Assembly: GCA_910577685.1 (NCBI GenBank)
Contig: CAJTOH010000013.1
Location: 6,493 to 70,492 of the forward strand
Origin: an uncultured Dorea sp.
GTDB taxonomy: Bacteria > Bacillota > Clostridia > Lachnospirales > Lachnospiraceae
Length of the DNA: 64,000 nt
Direction: 5' to 3'
Shown here: positions 28,444-36,933 of the stretch, piece after piece
How the letters are laid out: the number at the start of each line of letters is the position of its first letter
Numbering within the stretch: the first letter of the stretch is position 1
Translations under genes and position numbers: made by a program
The notes under the pieces: model-generated
The model's database searches: none
Told to the model about the DNA's origin: nothing
What the model saw: only the letters and a program-made list of their open reading frames with translations

Positions 28444-29361
28444 ATGAGACACTTAATGAGTCCGCTTGATTTTTCCGTAGAAGAATTGGATCGACTGATG
28501 AACTTAGCGGTTGACATCGAAGCCAACCCTGCCAAGTACGCGCATGCCTGCGAAGGGAAAAAACTAGCAACACTTTTCTATGAGCCAAGCACACGGACAA
28601 GGCTGAGCCACGAGGCCGCGATGCTGAACTTGGGGGGAAGCGTCCTTGGATTCTCTTCTGCAGAGTCCAGCTCTGCCGCCAAAGGCGAAAGCGTTTCCGA
28701 CACCATCCGTACGGTTTCCTGCTACGCGGATATCTGCGCTATGCGCCATCCGAAAGAAGGCGCGCCCATGGTTGCCTGCCAGCATGCATCCATCCCGGTC
28801 ATCAACGCCGGGGACGGCGGTCATCAGCATCCGACTCAGACTTTGACCGACCTGCTGACGATCCGAAACCTGAAAGGACATCTGGACAACATGGTTATCG
28901 GGCTTTGCGGAGACTTAAAGTTTGGACGTACCGTCCATTCTCTGATCCATGCCCTTGTCAGATATTCAGGGATCAAGTTCATCCTGATCTCCCCGGAAGA
29001 ATTAAGGCTTCCCGGCTACATGCGTTCTGACGTACTGGATAAGGGGAATATCCCGTACAAAGAAGTTGTCCGGCTTGAGGACGCATTGCCGAAACTGGAT
29101 CTGCTCTACATGACCCGCGTCCAAAAGGAACGCTTCTTTAATGAAGAGGATTATGTACGCATGAAAGATTTCTACATTCTGGATTCCAAGAAAATGGAGC
29201 TGGCTCCCAAAGATATGTACGTCCTTCACCCGCTTCCGCGCGTCAACGAGATTTCCGTCGAAGTGGACAGCGACCCCAGGGCGGCCTATTTCAAACAGAC
29301 CCAGTACGGCGTCTATATCCGGATGGCGCTCATCCTGACGCTGCTCAATATCGAAGTGTAG
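28444..29361 (+). CDS. pyrB: aspartate carbamoyltransferase catalytic subunit
   Basis: [15 protein letters not shown] and HPLPR motifs. AAGGAGG RBS is present. Confidence 0.95.
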   Translation: MRHLMSPLDFSVEELDRLMNLAVDIEANPAKYAHACEGKKLATLFYEPSTRTRLSHEAAMLNLGGSVLGFSSAESSSAAKGESVSDTIRTVSCYADICAMRHPKEGAPMVACQHASIPVINAGDGGHQHPTQTLTDLLTIRNLKGHLDNMVIGLCGDLKFGRTVHSLIHALVRYSGIKFILISPEELRLPGYMRSDVLDKGNIPYKEVVRLEDALPKLDLLYMTRVQKERFFNEEDYVRMKDFYILDSKKMELAPKDMYVLHPLPRVNEISVEVDSDPRAAYFKQTQYGVYIRMALILTLLNIEV

Positions 29362-29372
29362 GAGGGAAGATC

Positions 29373-29819
29373 ATGTTAAAAAATACACTGAATGTAGGAC
29401 GTATCGAAGAAGGTTTCGTATTAGACCATATACAGGCGGGACGCAGTATGGACATCTACAAATATCTCCATCTGGACAAGTTAGACTGCTGCGTTGCCAT
29501 CATAAAGAATGCCAAGAGCAACAAGATGGGTAAGAAGGACATCATGAAGATTGAGTGTCCAATTGATTTTATCGATTTAGACGTATTGGGATTTATCGAT
29601 CACAATATTACCATCAATCTCATCAAGGATTCTGAGATTGTAGCTAAGAAATGCTTACATCTGCCTAAAGAGATTACCAACATAATCCGCTGTAAGAATC
29701 CGAGATGTATCACCTCGATCGAACAGGGGCTTGACCACGTATTTGTCCTGACTGACCCGGAAAAAGAAGTCTATCGCTGTAAATACTGTGAAGAAAAGTA
29801 TCATGGGAAGCTAAAATAG
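29373..29819 (+). CDS. pyrI: aspartate carbamoyltransferase regulatory subunit
   Basis: GFVLDHI N-domain and a C-terminal Zn domain, CKNPRCIT...YRCKYCE. Confidence 0.95.
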   Translation: MLKNTLNVGRIEEGFVLDHIQAGRSMDIYKYLHLDKLDCCVAIIKNAKSNKMGKKDIMKIECPIDFIDLDVLGFIDHNITINLIKDSEIVAKKCLHLPKEITNIIRCKNPRCITSIEQGLDHVFVLTDPEKEVYRCKYCEEKYHGKLK

Positions 29820-29833
29820 GCTCAGGCCTAATT

Positions 29834-29890
29834 AAAAAAGTCAATGAGCAAGTGAGAATATCTCTGTTCATTGACTTCATTCTTTCTTGA
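29834..29890. terminator. bidirectional terminator between pyrI and rnpB
   Basis: The stem pairs AGTCAATGA (29839-29847) with TCATTGACT (29868-29876). An A-run lies upstream (TTAAAAAAG) and a T-rich tail downstream (TCATTCTTTCTT). Confidence 0.55.
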
Positions 29891-29895
29891 AAAGA

Positions 29896-30314
29896 TCTGC
29901 AAGCAAGACGATAAGCCGGGTTATGTCGTTGGGTAATCATCTATCTAGCCCCGCCGTTACCGGCGGGATCAAGCAACCTACCTAAGACGTGACGGGCCGC
30001 CACATCGTCTTTTTCCGGTCTTGCTTCGGATGGGGTTTACATGTGCCCCCGCTGTTACCAGCAGGGCGGTAGTCTCTTACACTGCCCTTCCACCCTTACC
30101 ATATACATGGCGGTACATTTCTGTTGCACTTTCCTTGGAGTCGCCTCCACCGGACGTTATCCGGCATCCTGCCCTGTGAAGCCCGGACTTTCCTCATCTG
30201 CTGCCTTTCGGCCTAACCGGCCGCCCTATAGGGCTTCCGGCCGCCGGCAAGCCGGCAAAGGGAAGCTCTTAGCAGTCGAAAATTTGCAGACGCGATTACC
30301 TGTCTTACTTGCAA
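29896..30314 (-). ncRNA. rnpB: RNase P RNA (M1 RNA), bacterial class A architecture
   Basis: The minus strand reads ...GAGGAAAGUCCGGGCUUCACAGGGCAGGAUGCCGGAUAACGUCCGG...AAGUGCAACAGAAAUGUACCGCC...GGUAAGGGUGGAAGGGCAGUGUAAGAGACUACCGC...GGUAACAG...GUAAACCCCAUCCGAAGCAAGACC...GGUAGGUUGCUUGA...CUAGAUAGAUGAUUACC...ACAUAACCCGGCUUAUCG. This is nearly colinear with E. coli M1 RNA. P1 forms between GCAAGUAAGAC (30312-30302) and GUCUUGCUUGC (29909-29899). The ends are accurate to about 5 nt. Confidence 0.92.
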
Positions 30315-30364
30315 TTACTTGAAACAACGTATTCCATACTAACACAAAATTCCGGGAAAATCAA

Positions 30365-32131
30365 TCATCGGAAACTCTTAATCCAATTAATTAAAGAATC
30401 ATGATACACATTATCCGTGACATCCTTCTTCATCTGCTCCGTAACCGGACCGTTCTTTTCCATGATCGTAAGAATAGCCTCCTGAAGTCCGGCAATCCTG
30501 CCTTTCTCAAAAGCCTCCGGCTGATCCTCCGGCTTCTCCGGCTCTTTCTTTCCCTCGGCATCAGCCCGGGACAGGCTTTCCATGGCTTCGTCAATCATCT
30601 TCCCTGTCACGGTCTCCAGTGTCTCCCTGGATTCAAGCTTCGCCTTCTCCTCCTCAACGGATTCCAGCATCACCTCCGCCACCTTCTCAGCCACAATATC
30701 TGCCGCAGCCTCGGCGACTTCCTCTTCCGCAATCCTCTTTTCACCCGAATCCGCCACAACCGCCACATTCAGCTCCTGCCCTTCGGAAGCCGGAACCCAA
30801 ATCTCTCCCGAATTCGCCTTCACGCTGACCGAGATACGGCCGTTATCCACAGCCACCTTCTCGCCTGACAGCATACCCACATAAAAAGCTCCGTTTGCTG
30901 CCGGAAGACTCATAGTAAAATCGCCGTAGTCATTATTCACAGTAACGATAACCGATTCTCCCTCATAATTCCTCGCAAATGCATACTGCCGATTCGTCAG
31001 CATCAATTCCTGATAATCTCCATAGGACAGAGCCGGCGTACTCTGGCGCACCTTACCTAAGGCCGCTACCAATCTGGTATATGGATTCTCTTCTATGACA
31101 TGTTCATAGTCATCAAGAGACAGAGCCGGTCTTAAGGAATCGTCGGAGTGCCGCTCTTTGCGCCCCTCAATCCCGAACTCCGAACCGTAATAGATCGACG
31201 GTACTCCGGGCAGCGTATACATCAAGACGTGTACGGGCGCAAAATGCGCTTTGTTATTCAGCTTTGTGTAGATTCTCTCCACATCGTGGTTATCCACGAA
31301 ATTATAGAGCTTCAAACCGTCCGGACGGCTGCCTCCCATACCGTAGAGCCTTTTTACCGTATGGGCAATCTCAAAATAATTGTGGTCGTTATGCCCCGAA
31401 TACAAGGCTTTATGCAGATGGTAATTGGTGACGGAATGTAAGGTTCCTTCATTCACCCAGCGGTTGTAATCCCCGTGGATAACCTCTCCCATCAGCCAGA
31501 AGTCAGGCTTCACTTCATTGGCCACCTGCCGAAGCGCCTTCATGTATTCAAAATCCAGCACATCCGCCGCATCCAGACGGATCCCGTCCACGTCAAACTC
31601 CTTTACCCAGAAGCGGATTACATCCCCAATATAATCCCGCACTTCCGGATTCTGCTGATTCAGTTTCGCAAGGAGATCGTAGCCTCCCCAGTTCTCGTAA
31701 GAAAACCCGTCGTTAAACTCATTATTTCCCCAAAAATTCACGTTCCGGTACCAATCCTTATACCGCGAATTCTCCCTGTTCTTTTTGATATCCTGAAACG
31801 CAAAAAAATCCCGTCCGGTGTGGTTAAACACTCCGTCAAAGATAACTTTCACTCCTTGGCTGTGACACTCCTCCACAAATGCCGCCAAATCCTCGTTCGT
31901 TCCAAGACGGCTGTCCAGCTTCTTGTAATCCGTAGTCTCATATCCATGCCCCACCGATTCAAAAAGCGGGCCGATATAGATTGCGTTGCATCCAATCTCT
32001 TTGATATGTGCAATCCACGGCAACAGCGTATTCAGTCTGTGCTCCGGCTCCCCGTAGGAATTCTGCTTCGGCGCTCCGGTAAGCCCTAACGGATAAATGT
32101 GATAAAATACTGCCTCGTCATACCATGCCAT
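30365..32131 (-). CDS. GH13 alpha-amylase-family glycoside hydrolase with a C-terminal acidic extension of about 130 aa
   Basis: GH13 regions: VIFDGVFNHTG (region I), GIRLDAADV (II, nucleophile Asp), LMGEVIH (III, Glu) and FVDNHDVERI (IV). The tail from about residue 455 is E/A/K-rich and looks helical. Confidence 0.85.
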   Translation of the reverse strand: MAWYDEAVFYHIYPLGLTGAPKQNSYGEPEHRLNTLLPWIAHIKEIGCNAIYIGPLFESVGHGYETTDYKKLDSRLGTNEDLAAFVEECHSQGVKVIFDGVFNHTGRDFFAFQDIKKNRENSRYKDWYRNVNFWGNNEFNDGFSYENWGGYDLLAKLNQQNPEVRDYIGDVIRFWVKEFDVDGIRLDAADVLDFEYMKALRQVANEVKPDFWLMGEVIHGDYNRWVNEGTLHSVTNYHLHKALYSGHNDHNYFEIAHTVKRLYGMGGSRPDGLKLYNFVDNHDVERIYTKLNNKAHFAPVHVLMYTLPGVPSIYYGSEFGIEGRKERHSDDSLRPALSLDDYEHVIEENPYTRLVAALGKVRQSTPALSYGDYQELMLTNRQYAFARNYEGESVIVTVNNDYGDFTMSLPAANGAFYVGMLSGEKVAVDNGRISVSVKANSGEIWVPASEGQELNVAVVADSGEKRIAEEEVAEAAADIVAEKVAEVMLESVEEEKAKLESRETLETVTGKMIDEAMESLSRADAEGKKEPEKPEDQPEAFEKGRIAGLQEAILTIMEKNGPVTEQMKKDVTDNVYHDSLINWIKSFR

Positions 32132-32204
32132 CGTTATCCGTACCTCCTAAAAAATATTTCCAATATCACTGACATGAAGCGGCCTTCCTGCGTGATACCT
32201 TTAC

Positions 32205-32213
32205 ATTCTATCA
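32205..32213 (-). promoter_or_regulatory. extended -10 (TGaTAGAAT) upstream of the GH13 gene
   Basis: The minus strand reads GTGATAGAAT about 70 nt upstream of the ATG, with a weak -35 (ATGGCA) at an 18-nt spacing. Confidence 0.35.
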
Positions 32214-32288
32214 CAAAATGCCGCCGTCTGCCATAAAAAATACGGATATCGCACATTCAGACTTAAAGCGAAGAGGAAAGCCGAACCG

Positions 32289-32768
32289 TTACATCCGGAC
32301 AACCACATCCTCGATCAGCTCTTTGCCGTCCGCAGCCCCCGTCGCCAAAGCATCGCATCTCTCGTTCTGGGGATGTCCGTCGTGGCCCTTAACCCAGATG
32401 AAAGTCACCCGATGCTTCTCTTTTGCCGCCAGCAGGCGTTTCCACAAGTCCACATTCTTCACCGGCTCGTTCTTCCCCCGTTTCCAGCCTTTCTTAATCC
32501 ACCCGTCGATCCAATGCCGGTTAAACGCATTAACCACATACTGGGAATCGGAATACAGTTCAACCTCGCAAGGACGGTTCAGCGCCTCCAGCCCTGCAAT
32601 CACAGCCATCAGCTCCATCCTGTTGTTCGTCGTCTTCTTATATCCCTGAGACAATTCCTTCGTGTGAAGCTCTCCCTTCGTATCCACATATTCCAGCACC
32701 GTCCCGTAGCCTCCCGGCCCATCCGGGTTCCCTCTGGCAGCGCCGTCCGTATAGATCTTTACCTTCAT
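32289..32768 (-). CDS. rnhA: ribonuclease HI
   Basis: [24 protein letters not shown] and [18 protein letters not shown] correspond to the DEDD catalytic residues and the basic protrusion region. Confidence 0.9.
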   Translation of the reverse strand: MKVKIYTDGAARGNPDGPGGYGTVLEYVDTKGELHTKELSQGYKKTTNNRMELMAVIAGLEALNRPCEVELYSDSQYVVNAFNRHWIDGWIKKGWKRGKNEPVKNVDLWKRLLAAKEKHRVTFIWVKGHDGHPQNERCDALATGAADGKELIEDVVVRM

Positions 32769-32792
32769 GCCCGCTCTCCTCTCGCCGCAATA

Positions 32793-33482
32793 TTATCCGT
32801 CTGTCTCAAATACCTGCTGTTGGTTCCTGACCCTCATCACCCGATCCCGATATGGTTCCGAGATAGAATCGGCCGCCAGTCTGTCGCAAGTCTCATATTT
32901 TCCCCATAAATGCATGGGAAACGCACAGCCTGTCCGGGTATGCCTCATAAAATAGTCGAACCCCCATGCATACTGTTCTTCCTGCCTTGGATCAAGGGGA
33001 AGGAACGCCACATCAATAGACTCGCCCTCGATACGGCCGATCTCATACTGGAATCCGCGTCGCATCATCTCGTTATACTCGTCGCTTTCTTCCTCCCAGT
33101 GCCACCAGTTCAGATCCCCCGCATGGTAAATCGTCCTCTCTCCCACATGTACCAGAAAAGCGACGCCCTCGTCGGTAGAACGCAGGGTACGGATCTTCAT
33201 GCCGTCAAGGGAAATCTCCTTGCGCGGCCCTATATAAGTGCATCTTCCCTCCGGCCCCTTTACCTCGATATCATCCGAAAGAATATAGTGGATCTCTCTG
33301 AAATCCCTCTCCCATTCAAAAATATGTTTTTGAAAATGATCGGGATGGACATGGCTTGCAAAGACATAAAGCTTGGCCGTCTCCGCAAATTCCGGAAGGG
33401 TTCCCTCATAGTAATCGAAGATCAAAACCCTGTCGTCCACCTCCGCCGCATACCCGCTGTGACATAAATATGTTATCTTCAT
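32793..33482 (-). CDS. MBL-fold metallo-hydrolase
   Basis: The SHVHPDH metal-binding motif and a later HAGD motif. The 229-aa length fits the family. Confidence 0.7.
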   Translation of the reverse strand: MKITYLCHSGYAAEVDDRVLIFDYYEGTLPEFAETAKLYVFASHVHPDHFQKHIFEWERDFREIHYILSDDIEVKGPEGRCTYIGPRKEISLDGMKIRTLRSTDEGVAFLVHVGERTIYHAGDLNWWHWEEESDEYNEMMRRGFQYEIGRIEGESIDVAFLPLDPRQEEQYAWGFDYFMRHTRTGCAFPMHLWGKYETCDRLAADSISEPYRDRVMRVRNQQQVFETDG

Positions 33483-33522
33483 ATATCTCTTTCCCTCCGC
33501 GCAGACCGCCCCGGGCGGCAGA

Positions 33523-33993
33523 TTATACTTCCCCCTGAATCACCTCAACCGCATGAACCAGCTCCGGAAGCAGGTACTTTAGAACCTCCCTGACTGCCTG
33601 CGGCTTTCCCGGCAGGTTCACAATCAATACTTCTCCCCTGATTCCGGCAACGCTCCTATTGAGCATCGCGCGCTTCGTTAATTTCATGGAATATGCGCGC
33701 ATGGCCTCCGGAATACCTACAATCGGTTTCTCGATAATATCCATCGTTGCCTCCGGCGTACAGTCCGATGGCCCGCAGCCCGCTCCGCCCGTAGTCAGCA
33801 CAAGGTCTGCCGAAAATGTGTCCGTTATTCTCGTCATCACCGCCGCAAGAACCTCCCTGTCGTTAGGGATCGCCCCCATGTAGGTGATCTCAAGACCTGC
33901 CCCCTCCATCATCTCCATAACGGCCTCGCCGCTTTCATTCGCCGCGCTCCCTCTATATACCTCCGTACTCGCCGTAATAATCGCCACTCTCAT
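33523..33993 (-). CDS. MogA/MoaB family molybdenum cofactor biosynthesis protein
   Basis: MRVAIITAS...LVLTTGGAGCGPSDCTPEA...VNLPGKPQAV is the MoCF_biosynth domain signature. Confidence 0.8.
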   Translation of the reverse strand: MRVAIITASTEVYRGSAANESGEAVMEMMEGAGLEITYMGAIPNDREVLAAVMTRITDTFSADLVLTTGGAGCGPSDCTPEATMDIIEKPIVGIPEAMRAYSMKLTKRAMLNRSVAGIRGEVLIVNLPGKPQAVREVLKYLLPELVHAVEVIQGEV

Positions 33994-34009
33994 AACATAC
34001 CTCCGTTAT

Positions 34010-34102
34010 TTCCCGGAAACCCTCGTACTTTTCTAAAATCTCCTCTTTATCCATATTCCCCGGAAACTCTCGTATCTTTCTAAAAACTCCTCTTTATCCA
34101 TA
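34010..34102. repeat. imperfect 46/47-nt tandem duplication in the mogA upstream region
   Basis: Copy 1 spans 34010-34055 and copy 2 spans 34056-34102, with about 40 of 46 positions identical. On the minus strand each copy starts ATGGATAAAGAGGAG. Confidence 0.9.
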
Positions 34103-34106
34103 CAAG

Positions 34107-34133
34107 AAAGTCCGTGAACAGTTCACGGACTTT
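34107..34133 (-). terminator. putative spoIVA terminator
   Basis: An 11-bp stem, AAAGTCCGTGA/TCACGGACTTT, followed on the minus strand by CTTGTAT, a weak U-tract. Confidence 0.45.
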
Positions 34134-34195
34134 ACCCCATAATGTCTGTCAGATCAATCATAGCAAATTATACCGGAAGTGTAAAGGACTTTGCA

Positions 34196-35668
34196 TCAGA
34201 TAATAATGCAGACCAGCCCTCCGTTGCTGTCGTTGACGATCTTCTGCATGGTATCCTGAAGCTTCTCCTGACTTTCGTCGTTAATCATGGCCATCTTGTT
34301 CTGCATCCCGTCCATCACCAGTTCCTCAATGGACTTTCCGAAGATATTCGTACCCCAGATTCCCTCCTCGCTCTCCTTCGCATCCTTGATGTAGCGGATC
34401 AAATCCTGAGCCTGCTGTTCATTTCCCACAATAGGCGCAATCTCCGTCTCAATGTTAGCACGGATAAGATGAATAGAAGGCGCCTCCGAATGGATCTTAA
34501 CCCCGTATTTGTTCCCCTGTTTGATAATGGTTGGTTCTTCCAGAGTGATCTCGTCTTTCTGGGGACTGACCACGCCGTAACCCCGCATCCTTACCGAGGC
34601 AAACGCGTCCCTCACCCCTTCGTACTCCTTTTTCAGTTCCGAAAGATTCTTCATGGCCGCCACCAGCTCATACTGCCCCGCAATATGAGTTCCGGTCAGC
34701 TCGCTTAACATCTCATAATAGAACTTTTCCGCCACCTGTATGCGTACCTTCACACAACCGGTATCCATTTCGATATGGTCTACCTTGATCTCTTCTATGT
34801 ACATGCACTCCGGCATCTCAATTCCTGCCGCCGCATCCCTAATCTCTCCGAAACGATTCAGGATATCTTTGATATGTACCAGCATTTCCTGCTTAATCTT
34901 GTGATCCCTGGGCAGCATTTCCACCCATTTCGGAACGAAGAACTGCACCTCGGAAACCGGGAATTCATATAGCACTGCTTCCATAATCCGGGTAATATCA
35001 TCCTCTTTAAGCTGCTCGCAGTTGACCGGAATCGCCTGAACGCCGTACTGCTGTTCGCACTCCTCAGCCGTCTGTTTCGCCTCGTCGCCGAAAGGTTTCT
35101 TGGAATTCACCAGCACTATAAAAGGCTTTCCAATACTTTGCAGTTCCCGTATGGTCTTCTCCGTACCTTCCCGGTAGTTCTCCCGCGGGATATCCGTAAT
35201 ACTGCCGTCCGTGGTAATCACGATACCTATGGTTGAATGATCGTGGATAACCTTGCGCGTGCCTATTGCCGCCGCCTTGGTAAAGGGTATCTCATGGTCG
35301 AACCACGGCGTCTTCACCTGTCGTTCTTCACCGCCCTCCACATGGCCGGACGCGCCCTCTACCATATACCCGACGCAGTCTATAAGCCTGACACGTACCT
35401 TCACATCCTCCGAAACCTTGATCTCCGCCGCTTCCTTCGGGACGAACTTCGGCTCTGTGGTCATAATCGTCCGTCCCGACGCAGACTGGGGAAGTTCATC
35501 CTTGGTCCTTGCCCTTCCGTGTTCGTCTTCCATATGCGGAAGCACCAGCACATCCATGAATCGCTTGATAAATGTAGATTTTCCCGTCCTTACCGGGCCT
35601 ACCACTCCGATGTAGATCTCACCGTTTGTCCTTGCCTGTATGTCCTTGTATAAATGATATTGCTCCAT
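34196..35668 (-). CDS. spoIVA: stage IV sporulation protein A (spore coat morphogenetic ATPase)
   Basis: IYIGVVGPVRTGKSTFIKRFMD Walker A. The 490-aa length and full-length resemblance fit SpoIVA. Confidence 0.95.
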   Translation of the reverse strand: MEQYHLYKDIQARTNGEIYIGVVGPVRTGKSTFIKRFMDVLVLPHMEDEHGRARTKDELPQSASGRTIMTTEPKFVPKEAAEIKVSEDVKVRVRLIDCVGYMVEGASGHVEGGEERQVKTPWFDHEIPFTKAAAIGTRKVIHDHSTIGIVITTDGSITDIPRENYREGTEKTIRELQSIGKPFIVLVNSKKPFGDEAKQTAEECEQQYGVQAIPVNCEQLKEDDITRIMEAVLYEFPVSEVQFFVPKWVEMLPRDHKIKQEMLVHIKDILNRFGEIRDAAAGIEMPECMYIEEIKVDHIEMDTGCVKVRIQVAEKFYYEMLSELTGTHIAGQYELVAAMKNLSELKKEYEGVRDAFASVRMRGYGVVSPQKDEITLEEPTIIKQGNKYGVKIHSEAPSIHLIRANIETEIAPIVGNEQQAQDLIRYIKDAKESEEGIWGTNIFGKSIEELVMDGMQNKMAMINDESQEKLQDTMQKIVNDSNGGLVCIII

Positions 35669-35742
35669 ACTCCTGCCCCTTCCATTCGTGGTGTTAGAAT
35701 ATATGCAGGCTTGAGATGGTTTAGACTATATTAAAACAAGTT

Positions 35743-36933
35743 TCAGTTAAACTTTACCGTAATGGAACAGATTTCCGCGATAGTTCCGACCCTCATATTC
35801 GGTCCGAAGATCCCCACGCCGGATGTCACGATATTGTGCATATCTCCTTTTTTCAGATATCCGCAGGCATTCTCCCACATCAAACGAATGGTCAGGTTCC
35901 CCGGCCACACCTGCCCGTCGTGGGTATGGCCGCACAGGTCCAGATCCACTCCCGCGTCCGCCAATTCCTTAAGCTCTTTCGGCTGATGGTCAATGACAAA
36001 TATAGGCTTGGACAAATCCATATCCGCCGTAATCTCCTGCGGCGTCTTCCGGGTCTCAATTCCCCGGCCCGGGCGATGCCTGTCCGGACGGCCGTAGAGA
36101 TACACGCTGTCCGCAATGGTCACCGATTCGTCCCTAAGCAGCGTGATCCCCGCCCTCTCAAGGAACTCATCCATCCTGACGTCGCTTTCTTTCTTTCGGC
36201 TCCCTCCGAAGGTAAAACCGGCGAGAATTTTTTCCTTGATATCATGATTCCCATAGCAGGCATAAATCCCGTATTTGCTGCGGATCTCTTTTAAGATAGT
36301 GATTAGTTTCTCCGGGTCTTCTAACGCCTCGTACTCATTGTCAAAGATATCCCCTGCAAAGATCACCAAATCCGGCTCTTCCGCATTAATCTTGTCAACC
36401 ATCTTCCGGATATGCTCGCAGCCGATATTGTAACCCATATGTAAATCCGCCGCCATGACTACCTTCATCTGCTTAAGGTCGTCCGCCTTCTTGTCAATCT
36501 TTACCTCATATCTTGTGGTTTTGATGTTTCCTGCATTCACCATTCCCCAGATACTAAGCACAGCAATTCCGACCGCGCAGATGACTCCCGAAATCACAAA
36601 TACCTTGAAGCTTCTCAGCTTTTCCTGATTGATTCTCTTGCTTCTTTTCAGAATCACATGGATTACATCCGCCGTCCCCACCACTAAAATAGTATAAAGC
36701 AGGATTCCAAGCCAGTAATTTCCTATCTTTACGAAAAAACGTTTCACAACTCCCGACGGAAGGAAGAAGCCCACCCCCATGGCGCTGGCAAAAAACAGGT
36801 AAACCGTCGAAACGATCAGGCGCGCCCGAAACTTCCGGAACTCATGCCGGCAGGTACTCAGCCACCGAATAATCCACCGGATAATATATACATTGACCAA
36901 CGCATACAGCGGAGACAATAATATCGCTAACAT
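35743..36933 (-). CDS. membrane-anchored metallophosphoesterase (YkuE-like)
   Basis: Four or five N-terminal TM helices, then the calcineurin-like motifs DLHMG, GDIFDN, GNHD and GHTHDG. The track start is a GTG, and I chose the ATG 8 nt after AAGGAG. It overlaps the upstream gene by 92 nt. Confidence 0.8.
   Translation of the reverse strand: MLAILLSPLYALVNVYIIRWIIRWLSTCRHEFRKFRARLIVSTVYLFFASAMGVGFFLPSGVVKRFFVKIGNYWLGILLYTILVVGTADVIHVILKRSKRINQEKLRSFKVFVISGVICAVGIAVLSIWGMVNAGNIKTTRYEVKIDKKADDLKQMKVVMAADLHMGYNIGCEHIRKMVDKINAEEPDLVIFAGDIFDNEYEALEDPEKLITILKEIRSKYGIYACYGNHDIKEKILAGFTFGGSRKKESDVRMDEFLERAGITLLRDESVTIADSVYLYGRPDRHRPGRGIETRKTPQEITADMDLSKPIFVIDHQPKELKELADAGVDLDLCGHTHDGQVWPGNLTIRLMWENACGYLKKGDMHNIVTSGVGIFGPNMRVGTIAEICSITVKFN

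Noticed and set aside
30041-30322. 93-aa plus-strand ORF downstream of pyrI.
   Set aside because: It lies entirely within the RNase P RNA gene on the opposite strand, and its openness is a by-product of the GC-rich structured RNA.
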